Virus record (IMG/VR): IMGVR_UViG_3300006162_000030
Location: 1-37,202 of that record
Direction: 5' to 3' (one strand)
DNA: 37,202 nt
DNA from: a virus
Taxonomy: Duplodnaviria > Caudoviricetes
The notes under the pieces are model-generated. The model was not told the origin of the DNA. It did not search any database and saw only the letters and a list, made by a program, of their open reading frames with translations. Numbering within the stretch: the stretch's first letter is position 1; each line of letters opens with the position of its first letter. Below, in pieces: positions 1 to 8,043 of the stretch. Both the position numbers and the translations under genes were made by a program.

Positions 1-473
1 TCACCCGGGGCCTTCGCGATGAAGCGGCCCCACTTCTTGTCGGCTCTCGTGCAGACCTTGTGCTTGATGAGCCACTCGCGCACTTCGTCGCGTTCCGTGG
101 AGGGGATCTTGAGGCGCTTCTCGGCGAGGGGTTTCAAGCCCAGCTGCTTCGCGTACGGGTCGCGAAGGAAAGCCGTGAGCATCGAGTCTTCCCACTCGTC
201 GCCATCCAGGATGCCGAGCCCGAGATGAACGTTGGCAACGTCCATGTCGAACTCGCCATTGTGAAAGAGCTTCGGGGCCGCGGAGCACCAGATGCGCGAG
301 AGCGTGTTCTTGGCATCGCGCAGGGAGCAGGTGTTGCCCGTAGGGTGCCCCCAGGCGAGGTAGATGGGTTTGCGGCCCGGCTCGTGGATCGCGACGCCGA
401 CGGGCTTCGGAGGATAGTCGGGGCGCGCCTCGATACCTTCCGTCTCGAAGTCGACGGTGATGGGAGCGGGCAT
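1..473 (-). CDS. DNA polymerase family A, N-terminal 3'-5' exonuclease domain (truncated at window edge)
   Basis: Not in the ORF track. Manual translation from ATG at 473 gives MPAPITVDFETEGIEARPDYPPKPVGVAI...YLAWGHPTGNTC...LFHNGEFDMDV...EDSMLTAFL...LGLKPLAE, containing ExoI (DFET) and ExoII (HNxxFD) motifs. The frame is open to position 1. Confidence 0.85.
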   Translation of the reverse strand, partial: MPAPITVDFETEGIEARPDYPPKPVGVAIHEPGRKPIYLAWGHPTGNTCSLRDAKNTLSRIWCSAAPKLFHNGEFDMDVANVHLGLGILDGDEWEDSMLTAFLRDPYAKQLGLKPLAEKRLKIPSTERDEVREWLIKHKVCTRADKKWGRFIAKAPG

Positions 474-610
474 TACCTGAGACCCCACACCTTCATCCAC
501 CACATGATGAGCACAACGACGACTGGCAGCGTGAGAATCCACAATAGCAGCGCGCAAAGCATGAGCACCGCACCACCCCAGGGCTTGTCGAGCAGCTCAT
601 CGAACTTCAT
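473..610 (-). CDS. small membrane protein (45 aa)
   Basis: Manual translation MKFDELLDKPWGGAVLMLCALLLWILTLPVVVVLIMWWMKVWGLR has one hydrophobic stretch. The stop overlaps the polymerase ATG (TAATG). Confidence 0.65.
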   Translation of the reverse strand: MKFDELLDKPWGGAVLMLCALLLWILTLPVVVVLIMWWMKVWGLR

Positions 611-1070
611 TCTTGAGCTCCTCGATCGCGTTGGCAATCTCGTCCTTCGTCGATCCGATGTCCTTCACCGTCTGGCGCACGAGTGCAGCGGCTTCCTTGA
701 TCCCCAGTCGGTACCCTGCGCGAAAGGTTGCATCGCTTTCTTTCATAGGATTCTCCTTGCTCTTCAATGCGCGAATTTCCTTGACGATGTTGCTCAGCAT
801 TGGACCGATGTAGTCGTTCCCCATCCTGAAGTAGCTATCGCTCCACACTTTCACTAGGTTTGCTGCCTTTTCAAACGCCCCATCCCTCACTCTCGCCAGC
901 GCCTTCTCGTATTCGAGTTCCTTCGCCTGTAGCACAGCGTTGTGCTGCTCTTGCGCGAGTTCGAGGACGGCGATTTTGGCCTTGAGGGATGCGACGTACT
1001 CCTTTACCTCGCCCGCTGCAACGCACGCTTCAGCAAAGGCCCGCATGACTTCCTTCTCCTGGGTCACCAC
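597..1070 (-). CDS. hypothetical coiled-coil protein
   Basis: 157-aa helical ORF, tightly packed with its neighbours. Confidence 0.7.
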   Translation of the reverse strand: MVTQEKEVMRAFAEACVAAGEVKEYVASLKAKIAVLELAQEQHNAVLQAKELEYEKALARVRDGAFEKAANLVKVWSDSYFRMGNDYIGPMLSNIVKEIRALKSKENPMKESDATFRAGYRLGIKEAAALVRQTVKDIGSTKDEIANAIEELKNEVR

Positions 1071-1807
1071 TTCCCCTCCCTCTGCGCCGAGATGGCGGCG
1101 TTGATGGACTCGATCAGATCATGCCGCTGCCGCCTTGGAGGAAGATGCTCGGAAGCATGAAGGAGTTGGCCTCGGCACTTGTCAAGCAGGTCTTCCAGTT
1201 GTCGAACGCGGGTCTCGGCGGCATTCATTCGTGCGATCTCTTCCTTGCGCACCGAGGTCAACGCCTGTACCTGCGCATCTAGACTGTCTCTCTCATCCTC
1301 AATCCGCCCCGCCTCGGGTGCGGGGTGGAAAGTGCGCTCGCCGTGGTGAAACAGGAACGCGCAGTAAGCGGCAACGTCGCGCGGATCTCCCTTGGCGACG
1401 TGTTCGACCAGCTTGGCACGGCATTCGTCCATCCAATCAGACGCTGCCCATCCGTCGCTGTATCCGTACTTGCGCTCGGCCGCTGCGAGTTTTTCCGCGA
1501 GCGCGGCAGTAAACCGTTGAACCAGATCGGCGGTAGCTGGATGCAGCGCCACCGGAGCAGCCTTCGCCTCGGGCTGCGCATCGCGCGGGTAGTTCGCGCT
1601 GATGGCCTTGTAGACCGCTAAGTCCTCGCCGCTTGCGGCCTCGGGCTGCGCTTCCTTCTGCGGCGCGTATCCCTCGCGGGCTAGGGTGATGAGGCGGATT
1701 GCCTGCTCCTCCGTGCAAACCCAGAGGTCTTCTAGAACGGTGCCAGTGGGAAGCATGTCAAACCCCGCCGCCTTCGCCAGCTTTAGCGCTTCCTCTCGTT
1801 CGCTCAC
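1064..1807 (-). CDS. modular phage early protein (Ead/Ea22-like mosaic)
   Basis: Contains the recurrent phage module LHPATADLVQRF..ALAEKL..AERKYGYSDGW...L.EHV.KGDPRDVAAYCAFL.HHG plus a coiled coil. The family name is from recall. Confidence 0.65.
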   Translation of the reverse strand: MSEREEALKLAKAAGFDMLPTGTVLEDLWVCTEEQAIRLITLAREGYAPQKEAQPEAASGEDLAVYKAISANYPRDAQPEAKAAPVALHPATADLVQRFTAALAEKLAAAERKYGYSDGWAASDWMDECRAKLVEHVAKGDPRDVAAYCAFLFHHGERTFHPAPEAGRIEDERDSLDAQVQALTSVRKEEIARMNAAETRVRQLEDLLDKCRGQLLHASEHLPPRRQRHDLIESINAAISAQREGKW

Positions 1808-1977
1808 GATTGCGGCTCCTTTCCTGCGATTTCCTCGGCGCGGGCGAGGGTTTCAAAGTCCCGCAGCACATCCAACTCGAATCGCGTCATCAGCGGCCCG
1901 CAATCGGACTCCTCGCAGGCCATGTACTCGCCCTCCCACGCTCCGCACCGAGCGCAGAATCTCTCGTCTAGGTTCAT
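1804..1977 (-). CDS. small Cys-rich protein (57 aa)
   Basis: Manual translation MNLDERFCARCGAWEGEYMACEESDCGP..., with 4-bp overlaps at both ends. Confidence 0.6.
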   Translation of the reverse strand: MNLDERFCARCGAWEGEYMACEESDCGPLMTRFELDVLRDFETLARAEEIAGKEPQS

Positions 1978-2147
1978 TCACGGCCTCCCTTGGGGACCAT
2001 CGGGATGACTGGCGACCTGGAATAAGCGGACACGGCTTTGCATGTCGAGCAAGTCGGAGGGGGCGGCGGCTGTGTTCCTCCCCAGGCTCCGGTGTAGGCC
2101 ATCACGTCGCCTCCGCAGAGGCTGCATACCCCGATCTTTTGCAACAT
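1974..2147 (-). CDS. zinc-ribbon protein (57 aa)
   Basis: Manual translation MLQKIGVCSLCGGDV...PPPPPTCSTCKA has two CxxC motifs and is translationally coupled to its neighbours. Confidence 0.65.
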   Translation of the reverse strand: MLQKIGVCSLCGGDVMAYTGAWGGTQPPPPPTCSTCKAVSAYSRSPVIPMVPKGGRE

Positions 2148-2533
2148 CACCCCTCCTTCCCGCTCTCGGCAACAGTCTCGATGGCCTCGACCTCATAGCT
2201 GTACTTCAGCTTGTGTTTCACGAGGCGTGTTTCCAAGCAAAGCGCCCCGCCAATCTCCCCAGCTTCCGCTGCTGCAACGAACCACCAGCGCAGTGCTTGG
2301 GCCGCGTTGTAGGGAAGCAGGAAGCCAAGATGCAGCGCGCGATGCCCAATCGTCATTGTTGGCACCCCGTGCGGTCCTCCCTCAAACTCCACCTGTTGCC
2401 AGCGGTTATCAAACATCTGGTTGCCGATCTTGCAGGGGCGGATGTAGTTGTGCCGAGCCTCGACCGTGTAACCAACATCGGCCCCGCTGCCTCGGTTCTT
2501 GTCCTTTCGATAGCCTTCTTCAAGCTCACCCAT
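2147..2533 (-). CDS. hypothetical protein
   Basis: ORF starting MGELEEGYRK; the start overlaps the upstream stop and follows GGAG. Confidence 0.7.
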   Translation of the reverse strand: MGELEEGYRKDKNRGSGADVGYTVEARHNYIRPCKIGNQMFDNRWQQVEFEGGPHGVPTMTIGHRALHLGFLLPYNAAQALRWWFVAAAEAGEIGGALCLETRLVKHKLKYSYEVEAIETVAESGKEG

Positions 2534-2987
2534 TGCTCTTCTCCTCGTCTGTGCGGAAGGGGCGGTGGAGGGTGTCGCCCTCTTCCAACTCCGTTTCTGC
2601 TGGAATAAAGATGCGGGCAAAGCCGTCTGCTGTGGCTTCGATTACAGCCGTCTTCTCCCTCTCGCACAGGATCACGCGGGATTCGAGGGTGAGGAGGGCG
2701 TCGAGCTTGTCCCGGTACGCGATCGCGGCAGCGTAGGCCGGGCTATCGGCCCACTTCATCGAGCAGACGAGCCATTGCTGGTTCTGTCCGTACCAGCACC
2801 CCGCCGACATGATGCTTTCGTACCCGGCAAAATCACCGACCTTCGTGTTTTCGTCCGGCCCTCCGAGGATCGAGATGCCGCCCGCAGGAGCAGGGATCGG
2901 TTTACCGTCCTGGACCTTAATGAGCTTGGGCGGAATCGTGAGCCGGGCGCGCGCCTCCCGCAGCACTTCGAAGGGGTCGGGGATCAC
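2526..2987 (-). CDS. hypothetical protein
   Basis: GTG start (MIPDPFEVLRE...) in a GTGA overlap, preceded by GAGGAG. Confidence 0.7.
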   Translation of the reverse strand: MIPDPFEVLREARARLTIPPKLIKVQDGKPIPAPAGGISILGGPDENTKVGDFAGYESIMSAGCWYGQNQQWLVCSMKWADSPAYAAAIAYRDKLDALLTLESRVILCEREKTAVIEATADGFARIFIPAETELEEGDTLHRPFRTDEEKSNG

Positions 2988-3226
2988 AGCTCCTCCTCTT
3001 CTTGCACGACCCAATGGTTCCAAAAGCCGCGCAGCCAGTTGGCGAAGTACACCCACGTGAGCGCGAAGATTCCGTACTGCTGCGCCTCCCAGGTCTCGTA
3101 GAACCACGCAGGCTGCGCAACGAGTCCGAAAATGCACGCCCAGCGTCGGCGCTTGAAGGACTTGGACTGCGACAGGAACACCGCCGTGACGCCGCAGCAG
3201 CCGATGAAAATCTGCGTGACGATCAC
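2984..3226 (-). CDS. small 3-TM membrane protein, PnuC/SemiSWEET-like half transporter (tentative)
   Basis: About 80 aa with three hydrophobic segments, WACIFGLVAQPAWF...QQYGIFAL..VY...WLRGFWN. The family assignment is inference. Confidence 0.55.
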   Translation of the reverse strand: MIVTQIFIGCCGVTAVFLSQSKSFKRRRWACIFGLVAQPAWFYETWEAQQYGIFALTWVYFANWLRGFWNHWVVQEEEEL

Positions 3227-3405
3227 AGCCGCTCCCACCTGGAACCCAGGAAGATGCGCGAGAGGATGCGCACGCGAAGGCTGGGCGCGTGGCGCCTGTC
3301 ATTGAACGTGGTAACCAGTTCCTCGCCTCCGAATACGTACCAGCGCCACGTGGGCTTGGGAGGACGCGTGGAAGCCTTCATGATGAGCTCAGGATCGGGG
3401 TTCAT
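3223..3405 (-). CDS. hypothetical protein (60 aa)
   Basis: ORF with 4-bp overlaps on both sides. Confidence 0.65.
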   Translation of the reverse strand: MNPDPELIMKASTRPPKPTWRWYVFGGEELVTTFNDRRHAPSLRVRILSRIFLGSRWERL

Positions 3406-3578
3406 AAGAGCGCCTTCACAGCTTGGATGACAGCGCGCGCCTCGGCGTTCGAGCAGCCTTGTAGCGCATCAGCAATTTCCACTAGGGCTTTTCCTAGTTG
3501 CCGCATCTCCGTGATTGGATCGGTGCTGTTGCGATCCATAGCCTTGATGACTTCGTACATGAGTGCGGCATGGTTCAT
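3402..3578 (-). CDS. hypothetical protein (58 aa)
   Basis: Starts MNHAALMYEV, with GGAGG RBS and ATGA overlaps. Confidence 0.65.
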   Translation of the reverse strand: MNHAALMYEVIKAMDRNSTDPITEMRQLGKALVEIADALQGCSNAEARAVIQAVKALL

Positions 3579-3787
3579 TTCTGCCTCCGCGATCGGTAGA
3601 CGCGGATGAACCCCATCGCGAGCCCCCAAAAGAGAATGACGCCAAGGACGAACGCGAGGCCGAACCAGAACGGCAGCGTCACCCACCACCACGACCAATC
3701 GATCACGTGCGTGAGCTTGAGCGCTACGAACACGACGCCCAGGAGAAAAAGACCGCTGACACCACCTTGCGAACTATTGTCGGACAT
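3575..3787 (-). CDS. phage membrane protein of the LKLxxVIDWSWWWV family
   Basis: Signature FVALKLTHVIDWSWWWVTLPFW, two TM helices, GAGGAGG RBS. Confidence 0.8.
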   Translation of the reverse strand: MSDNSSQGGVSGLFLLGVVFVALKLTHVIDWSWWWVTLPFWFGLAFVLGVILFWGLAMGFIRVYRSRRQK

Positions 3788-3789
3788 GG

Positions 3790-4140
3790 TCAATCCTCCT
3801 CGTGTTCGGCAACCACACGTAGTACTGACAAGGGAACTGGTGGTGGTGGCAGCACGCGCAGTGTGAGATTTAAATACCTGCGAATTGCGTTAACGGCTTC
3901 CGGAATTGATATGCGGTGCGCCCGCATACGTTCGATAGAGTAGTGCGCGCTGGCAGAGTGCTGGTGCTTGCTGGGATCCCACTTCACATGGTAGTCAGGG
4001 TCGAAGCAAAGACAATCCATTTGCGACTCCAGCTGAGACACCGCTAAAGTCAGTTTTTCGATGCGCTCGTAGAGATCCTTCTCTACCGTCTCGCGCTCTT
4101 TTCGCGCTTCGCGAAGGTCTTCTTGATTGACGAAAAACAT
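3790..4140 (-). CDS. hypothetical protein
   Basis: 116-aa ORF with GGAGGAG RBS and an N-terminal coiled coil. Confidence 0.7.
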   Translation of the reverse strand: MFFVNQEDLREARKERETVEKDLYERIEKLTLAVSQLESQMDCLCFDPDYHVKWDPSKHQHSASAHYSIERMRAHRISIPEAVNAIRRYLNLTLRVLPPPPVPLSVLRVVAEHEED

Positions 4141-4208
4141 TTATCGCTCCTCCAGAGAAAGTGCCGGTTACGTTGTCCGGCGTCGTGTGCCCCACCGACC
4201 GTGTCGCG

Positions 4209-4234
4209 CCCGCAGCCCCGCGCGGAGCTGCGAG
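4209..4234 (-). other. intergenic stem-loop downstream of the SSB-like gene
   Basis: On the minus strand CTCGCAGCTCC-GCGC-GGGGCTGCGGG forms 11 bp including two G-U pairs. There is no U-tract. Confidence 0.55.
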
Positions 4235-4239
4235 AGGTA

Positions 4240-5037
4240 CTACCTGCGCTTGGCGGCGATTGTCTTGCGCACGGGCTCCTCGGGCTGCTCTTCCTGCTGC
4301 TCGTAGGGCTTGGCGAACTCGTCCGCGCTCGCGTCCATCTTATCGAGAAGCGCCCCCATCGTCGCTTCGTCCGTGATGGGCTCCACCTCTTCGAAGAGGA
4401 TCTTGAACTGCGTCTCCTGGTCGCGCTGGACGCTGATGCGCGTGACGAACGCGATCGGCGGCTGCTTGTACTGCGCGAGGAGGGACTTGGCGTACTGCGC
4501 CCAGTTCTTGACCGAAGTCACGGAGATGCGAAGATAGGCCACCTCGCTCTTGGCGATGTTCTGCGCCGACCCCAACGCATCGCGCGGCAGGAGCATCAGG
4601 CGCCGCTTTTGCGCGCACGCCTTGCCACGCGTGGGCTTGCCGTCCTGGTCACGCGCCGAGCCCCACTTGTTCCACTGGCACGTGGCGCACGTTTCGCTCT
4701 GCGCCGACTTGCTCATGGCGTGGGGCGCCATCACGCTCTCGTCGCGCCCGAATGCGAAGCACGTGGGGTTCTCGGGCTTCTTCGGATTGAAGCGCTTCTC
4801 GTAGTAGTTGTTCTCGTGCATCGAGTCGAGGATCACGCACTCGAAGGTGTTCCCCGGGATCTCGCTACCTTTCCACGTGAGCACCCCCGCGGGGAGCGTG
4901 ATGAAGTTCCCGCCCCCCGTGTTGGCTTCCTGCGCCAGAACCTGCGCAGCCTGGGCGGCGAGCCGATCCTTGTAGGTCGTGAGCGCCGTCCCGGTGGTCT
5001 TTTTGGCGATCGCTGTGCTCGCCGCCTTGGTTGCCAT
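4240..5037 (-). CDS. putative ssDNA-binding / annealing protein
   Basis: Contains FECVILD...YYEKRFNP..PENPTCFA, CATCQWNKWGS..GKACAQKRRL, YLRISVTSVKNW and an acidic C-terminal stretch. This pattern is typical of Zn-containing SSB-like proteins in phage replication operons near polA. Function is inferred. Confidence 0.6.
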   Translation of the reverse strand: MATKAASTAIAKKTTGTALTTYKDRLAAQAAQVLAQEANTGGGNFITLPAGVLTWKGSEIPGNTFECVILDSMHENNYYEKRFNPKKPENPTCFAFGRDESVMAPHAMSKSAQSETCATCQWNKWGSARDQDGKPTRGKACAQKRRLMLLPRDALGSAQNIAKSEVAYLRISVTSVKNWAQYAKSLLAQYKQPPIAFVTRISVQRDQETQFKILFEEVEPITDEATMGALLDKMDASADEFAKPYEQQEEQPEEPVRKTIAAKRR

Positions 5038-5043
5038 GGTGGA

Positions 5044-5319
5044 TTACTCCTCGTCGGAAGGAACGATGGTGCCCAGGAGCTCGTGAAGCTCCTTGGCTTC
5101 GTCCAGCGTGAGCCGGAGCTTCTTGCCTGCCGCCAGGAGCTCGTACGTGACGATGGGCGCCTCGACGTGCTTGCGGCGGGGCTTGCGGCGCTTGACCGGA
5201 CTCTTGCGCGCCTTCTTGGCAGGCGCTTCGGCCTTGGGCGTCGGGGCAGCGCTGCGGCCCACGGGCTTGGGGGGCGCTGCCTTGGCGGCGACGGGGGACT
5301 TGTCTGCGGGTTCGTTCAT
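5044..5319 (-). CDS. small basic K/P/A-rich putative DNA-binding protein
   Basis: GAGGAG RBS before MNEPADKS; contains AKKARKSPVKRRKPRRK. An alternative start at 5436 is possible. Confidence 0.6.
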   Translation of the reverse strand: MNEPADKSPVAAKAAPPKPVGRSAAPTPKAEAPAKKARKSPVKRRKPRRKHVEAPIVTYELLAAGKKLRLTLDEAKELHELLGTIVPSDEE

Positions 5320-5435
5320 GGTGGTGCGGCTCCTCTTGAGTGCCTTGGAAGTGCGCAGGCGCGAGAGCCACGCTGCGGCAGAATTCATCGGGGCGCCGGG
5401 CGCCCCACTCTCGACGGATTTCATGGGGATTGCCA

Positions 5436-5906
5436 CTACGATGCCAACGCTTTCACGAGAACATCGAGCTTGCGGTTCATCTCCTGCTGTTCGTGAAGGA
5501 TCGCCGCGAGCGCGCGAAAGAGGGCGTCACCCTCCTTGCGCCGCGCCAGGACCGCAGCGCCTTCCTCCTTCGCGACGCTCGCGCGGCGCTCGACATCCTT
5601 GAAGAAGTCGTTGGCGAACGTGTTGAGCTTGCGCCCGCCCGTCTTGGTGTAGCCGCTCATCTTCTTCGGCATGACCTTGGGCACCCCGAGTTGCTTGAGA
5701 CCGCGGCGCGGCGTCTTCTTGCGGATGGCTGCCAGGATGGCGTCACGGTGCTCGCCGAGCACCTTCTCGTCAACGAACACGCCGCTCTTCGGGCCTGGAC
5801 GGGCCGGAAGGCCGTGCGCCTTGACGTACTCGTGCACGAGCGGGTGGTGGGCTGCGTTGGTGTGCAGCACCTTGGACATCGCCTTGTAGACGCTGATATA
5901 GGCCAT
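5436..5906 (-). CDS. hypothetical basic protein
   Basis: 156 aa with GAGGTG RBS. Confidence 0.7.
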   Translation of the reverse strand: MAYISVYKAMSKVLHTNAAHHPLVHEYVKAHGLPARPGPKSGVFVDEKVLGEHRDAILAAIRKKTPRRGLKQLGVPKVMPKKMSGYTKTGGRKLNTFANDFFKDVERRASVAKEEGAAVLARRKEGDALFRALAAILHEQQEMNRKLDVLVKALAS

Positions 5907-5915
5907 GGCATCACC

Positions 5916-6329
5916 TCACGAGCGGCGCAGGGAGACCTTGGTCTCCTTGGCGGGCCTGACGGTGATGAAGTAGCGATCGAAGGACTCGACGCCGGGGATG
6001 GGTTCGCCCTCTTCGAAGCGCGCGGCAACCGCCGTGCTCGTGAGGCGCTTTTGCAGGAGATCGAAAGCGCCGGTCTTGGCGATGAACGCATGGAGCGCGG
6101 GCCAGTCGGTCGCGTTGAAGACGCGCTGGCTCTTCCTCTCCGCGGTACCGACTGCGCCCTTGGCGCCGTTGATGCCGCTCGCGTCAAAGAGCGCGCCGAG
6201 GGCTTCCATCTTCGCGGCGATCTCGGCTTCCTTGGCCTTCAAGGTTGCGTTGATCGCGTCGCGCTCTTCCTGCAGAAGCTGGATCTCGTCGACGATTTCG
6301 CCGACGGTGGGGCTGGTGGTCTTGGACAT
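5916..6329 (-). CDS. conserved phage replication-operon protein (coiled coil + DW..L..FI..DLLQKRL..PGV)
   Basis: GGAGA RBS before MSKTTSPT. The motif pattern is recalled from genes adjacent to phage SSB-like genes. Confidence 0.7.
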   Translation of the reverse strand: MSKTTSPTVGEIVDEIQLLQEERDAINATLKAKEAEIAAKMEALGALFDASGINGAKGAVGTAERKSQRVFNATDWPALHAFIAKTGAFDLLQKRLTSTAVAARFEEGEPIPGVESFDRYFITVRPAKETKVSLRRS

Positions 6330-6560
6330 TTCAATCTCCAGAGAGTTGAGTTCGTAGTTCGCAGTTCGTAGCAAGGCCAGTTTCTGGATGGGTACTGGCA
6401 GACCCAAAATCAGGTGTTCGGTACTGCACGTGGGAGACTGCTGCGGAGACCCGCGGCACTCGTAAGGCTCACATTGCAGCTTGCAGGGCCGTCCCCCTCC
6501 TGTCTCTCTGCCCTACGAGTATTCGGTACGTACAGCCCAGCAGAGAGAACCACATCACGA
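6330..6560 (-). ncRNA. candidate structured 5' leader with H-type pseudoknot
   Basis: 9-bp stem 6503-6511/6540-6548, pseudoknot at 6376-6406, and three 7-nt repeats at 6349-6369 before the RBS. Confidence 0.5.
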
Positions 6561-6565
6561 CATCC

Positions 6566-6594
6566 ACGCTACGCTTCTTTTGCGGACTTTGCAA
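6566..6594 (-). promoter_or_regulatory. sigma70-like promoter
   Basis: TTGCAA-17 nt-TAGCGT on the minus strand, at the start of the long intergenic region. Confidence 0.55.
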
Positions 6595-6599
6595 CCGAT

Positions 6600-6845
6600 T
6601 TATCTTGACCGAAACGCGGTAGGGGGCAGGATGATTCCCGGCGCCCTGGGGTTCTGCATCGCTTGACACGCGAGCTGCCACACCCCCGGCGCGATCCGTC
6701 CATCCCCCAGCGCGGCAACGACCGCAGGGTGGAGCTGCCGCACGACGTTATCCGCGCACATCACGAGCACGGTGCCGTCGGACTTGAGTTCGAATCCGAG
6801 CTGCTTGCCGCCATTGGGGAGCCAGAGCTTGGGCGTGATTTCCAT
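6600..6845 (-). CDS. hypothetical protein
   Basis: 81-aa ORF with GGAG RBS. Confidence 0.65.
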   Translation of the reverse strand: MEITPKLWLPNGGKQLGFELKSDGTVLVMCADNVVRQLHPAVVAALGDGRIAPGVWQLACQAMQNPRAPGIILPPTAFRSR

Positions 6846-7108
6846 TGCAAGTACTCCAGTGCGCAGGTGTAGTGGGACGGACGCGGCTGCTCATGCATCT
6901 CGGGCCAGTAGAGCTTGACCCCGTCAAAGAGTTTGATGTGCTCGGGCAGCGGGCGCACGGCGCACCACGACCCGAGGAGCGGCCGGTTGCAGAGAAAGCA
7001 GCGCCGCAGCGCCGCCTGGGTCACGGCGGTGGAGTTCTCGTCCCACATCCGCCGCAGCGCTGCGTCTTGCGCTCTTCGGTAGGCGCGCCCAGCGGCGGAC
7101 TCGCGCAT
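6761..7108 (-). CDS. hypothetical protein with CxxC...HxxC
   Basis: Starts MRESAAG one base after the upstream stop; contains CFLC and HYTC. Overlaps the next gene by about 85 nt. Confidence 0.5.
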   Translation of the reverse strand: MRESAAGRAYRRAQDAALRRMWDENSTAVTQAALRRCFLCNRPLLGSWCAVRPLPEHIKLFDGVKLYWPEMHEQPRPSHYTCALEYLQWKSRPSSGSPMAASSSDSNSSPTAPCS

Positions 7109-7109
7109 G

Positions 7110-7448
7110 TCACTGGAGCGCCGTGAGCATGTTCTGGCTGACGGTGCGCTCGCCATAGCGCAGCTCCACCGCTTCGCGCGCCGCCGATCGCGTGGCGTAA
7201 AAATCGGGGAGCGCCGGGGGCTTGCCCGCTTCGTTCTTGTCGATGAAGGACACCATGTAGAGCACGTCCTCCTTCTTCTGCGACTGCGGAATCTTGATCG
7301 TGACTTCGGCCACGACCTTGCCATCCGGGAGGTGCAGGAAGTAGTCGGAGTGGTCGCCGTAGAGCCATGCGTGCTCCTGGCCCGCAGGACCGTTGGCGCC
7401 GATCATCTGCAGCGCACGGATATTGGGATTGCTTCGGTGCTCGCCCAT
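7110..7448 (-). CDS. hypothetical protein
   Basis: 112-aa ORF with GAGGAG RBS. Confidence 0.7.
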   Translation of the reverse strand: MGEHRSNPNIRALQMIGANGPAGQEHAWLYGDHSDYFLHLPDGKVVAEVTIKIPQSQKKEDVLYMVSFIDKNEAGKPPALPDFYATRSAAREAVELRYGERTVSQNMLTALQ

Positions 7449-7480
7449 CTCACTTCTCCTCGTGGTAGGTAATCGGAAAA

Positions 7481-7780
7481 CTACTTGATGAGCTCCAGGT
7501 TGCGAAGCTCGTGTTCGGAGAGCTGGAACGTCGCATTCACGGGGAGGTGGTTCCAGTAGTACTGGAACATCTCCGCGCGCTGTCGGTGGCTCGCACGATG
7601 GCTCCTGAAACTCGTGCTGAGATCGTTGCTGCTGTTCGATATCCCTGGCGGTACTTCCGGCAGCGACTCCAGCTGGTCGAGGTAGTAGCGCTCCCGATCA
7701 GCGTGGTACGCAATGCGCTCCTCGAAGTGGCGCAGGAGTTCCGCCGACTGCACTTCGCAAACAAATCCCTTGATGACCAT
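7481..7780 (-). CDS. hypothetical protein
   Basis: Starts MVIKGFVCE after GAGGAGG. Confidence 0.7.
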   Translation of the reverse strand: MVIKGFVCEVQSAELLRHFEERIAYHADRERYYLDQLESLPEVPPGISNSSNDLSTSFRSHRASHRQRAEMFQYYWNHLPVNATFQLSEHELRNLELIK

Positions 7781-7782
7781 GA

Positions 7783-8043
7783 CTACTTCCTCCTCATCCG
7801 TTGGGAACCGCCCATGCACTGAATCTGCAGCACATCCTCGTGCACACGAATCGCGACGGGCACGCCGTTATCGCGCGTGCACTCCTGCGAGAACCGCGAA
7901 GCGTACTGCACTGCGCGCTCGCGCTCAAGCACGGAGAGCTGGCGTTCGAACACGTCCACTGGTTTCGTCCAGATCACCATGGCCGTCGTGAACCCAGCCC
8001 CGAAGAGCATCACCGTCACCACCGCCCGGTCGCCGAGCGTCAT
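7783..8043 (-). CDS. membrane-anchored small protein
   Basis: N-terminal hydrophobic helix and two Cys residues in the C-terminal part. Confidence 0.65.
   Translation of the reverse strand: MTLGDRAVVTVMLFGAGFTTAMVIWTKPVDVFERQLSVLERERAVQYASRFSQECTRDNGVPVAIRVHEDVLQIQCMGGSQRMRRK

Noticed and set aside
597-760. Internal AAGGAG + ATG (746) suggesting a separate gene within 597-1070
   Set aside because: It is in frame with no intervening stop, so it cannot be distinguished from a single ORF by sequence alone.
5340-5435. CCGAUGAA next to hairpins considered as a hammerhead ribozyme
   Set aside because: The core is not CUGAnGA and there is no properly placed GAAA or cleavage triplet.
6330-6600. 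tRNA gene suggested by GTTCG repeats
   Set aside because: No cloverleaf, acceptor stem or anticodon arm can be built. GTTCG belongs to a 7-nt tandem repeat.
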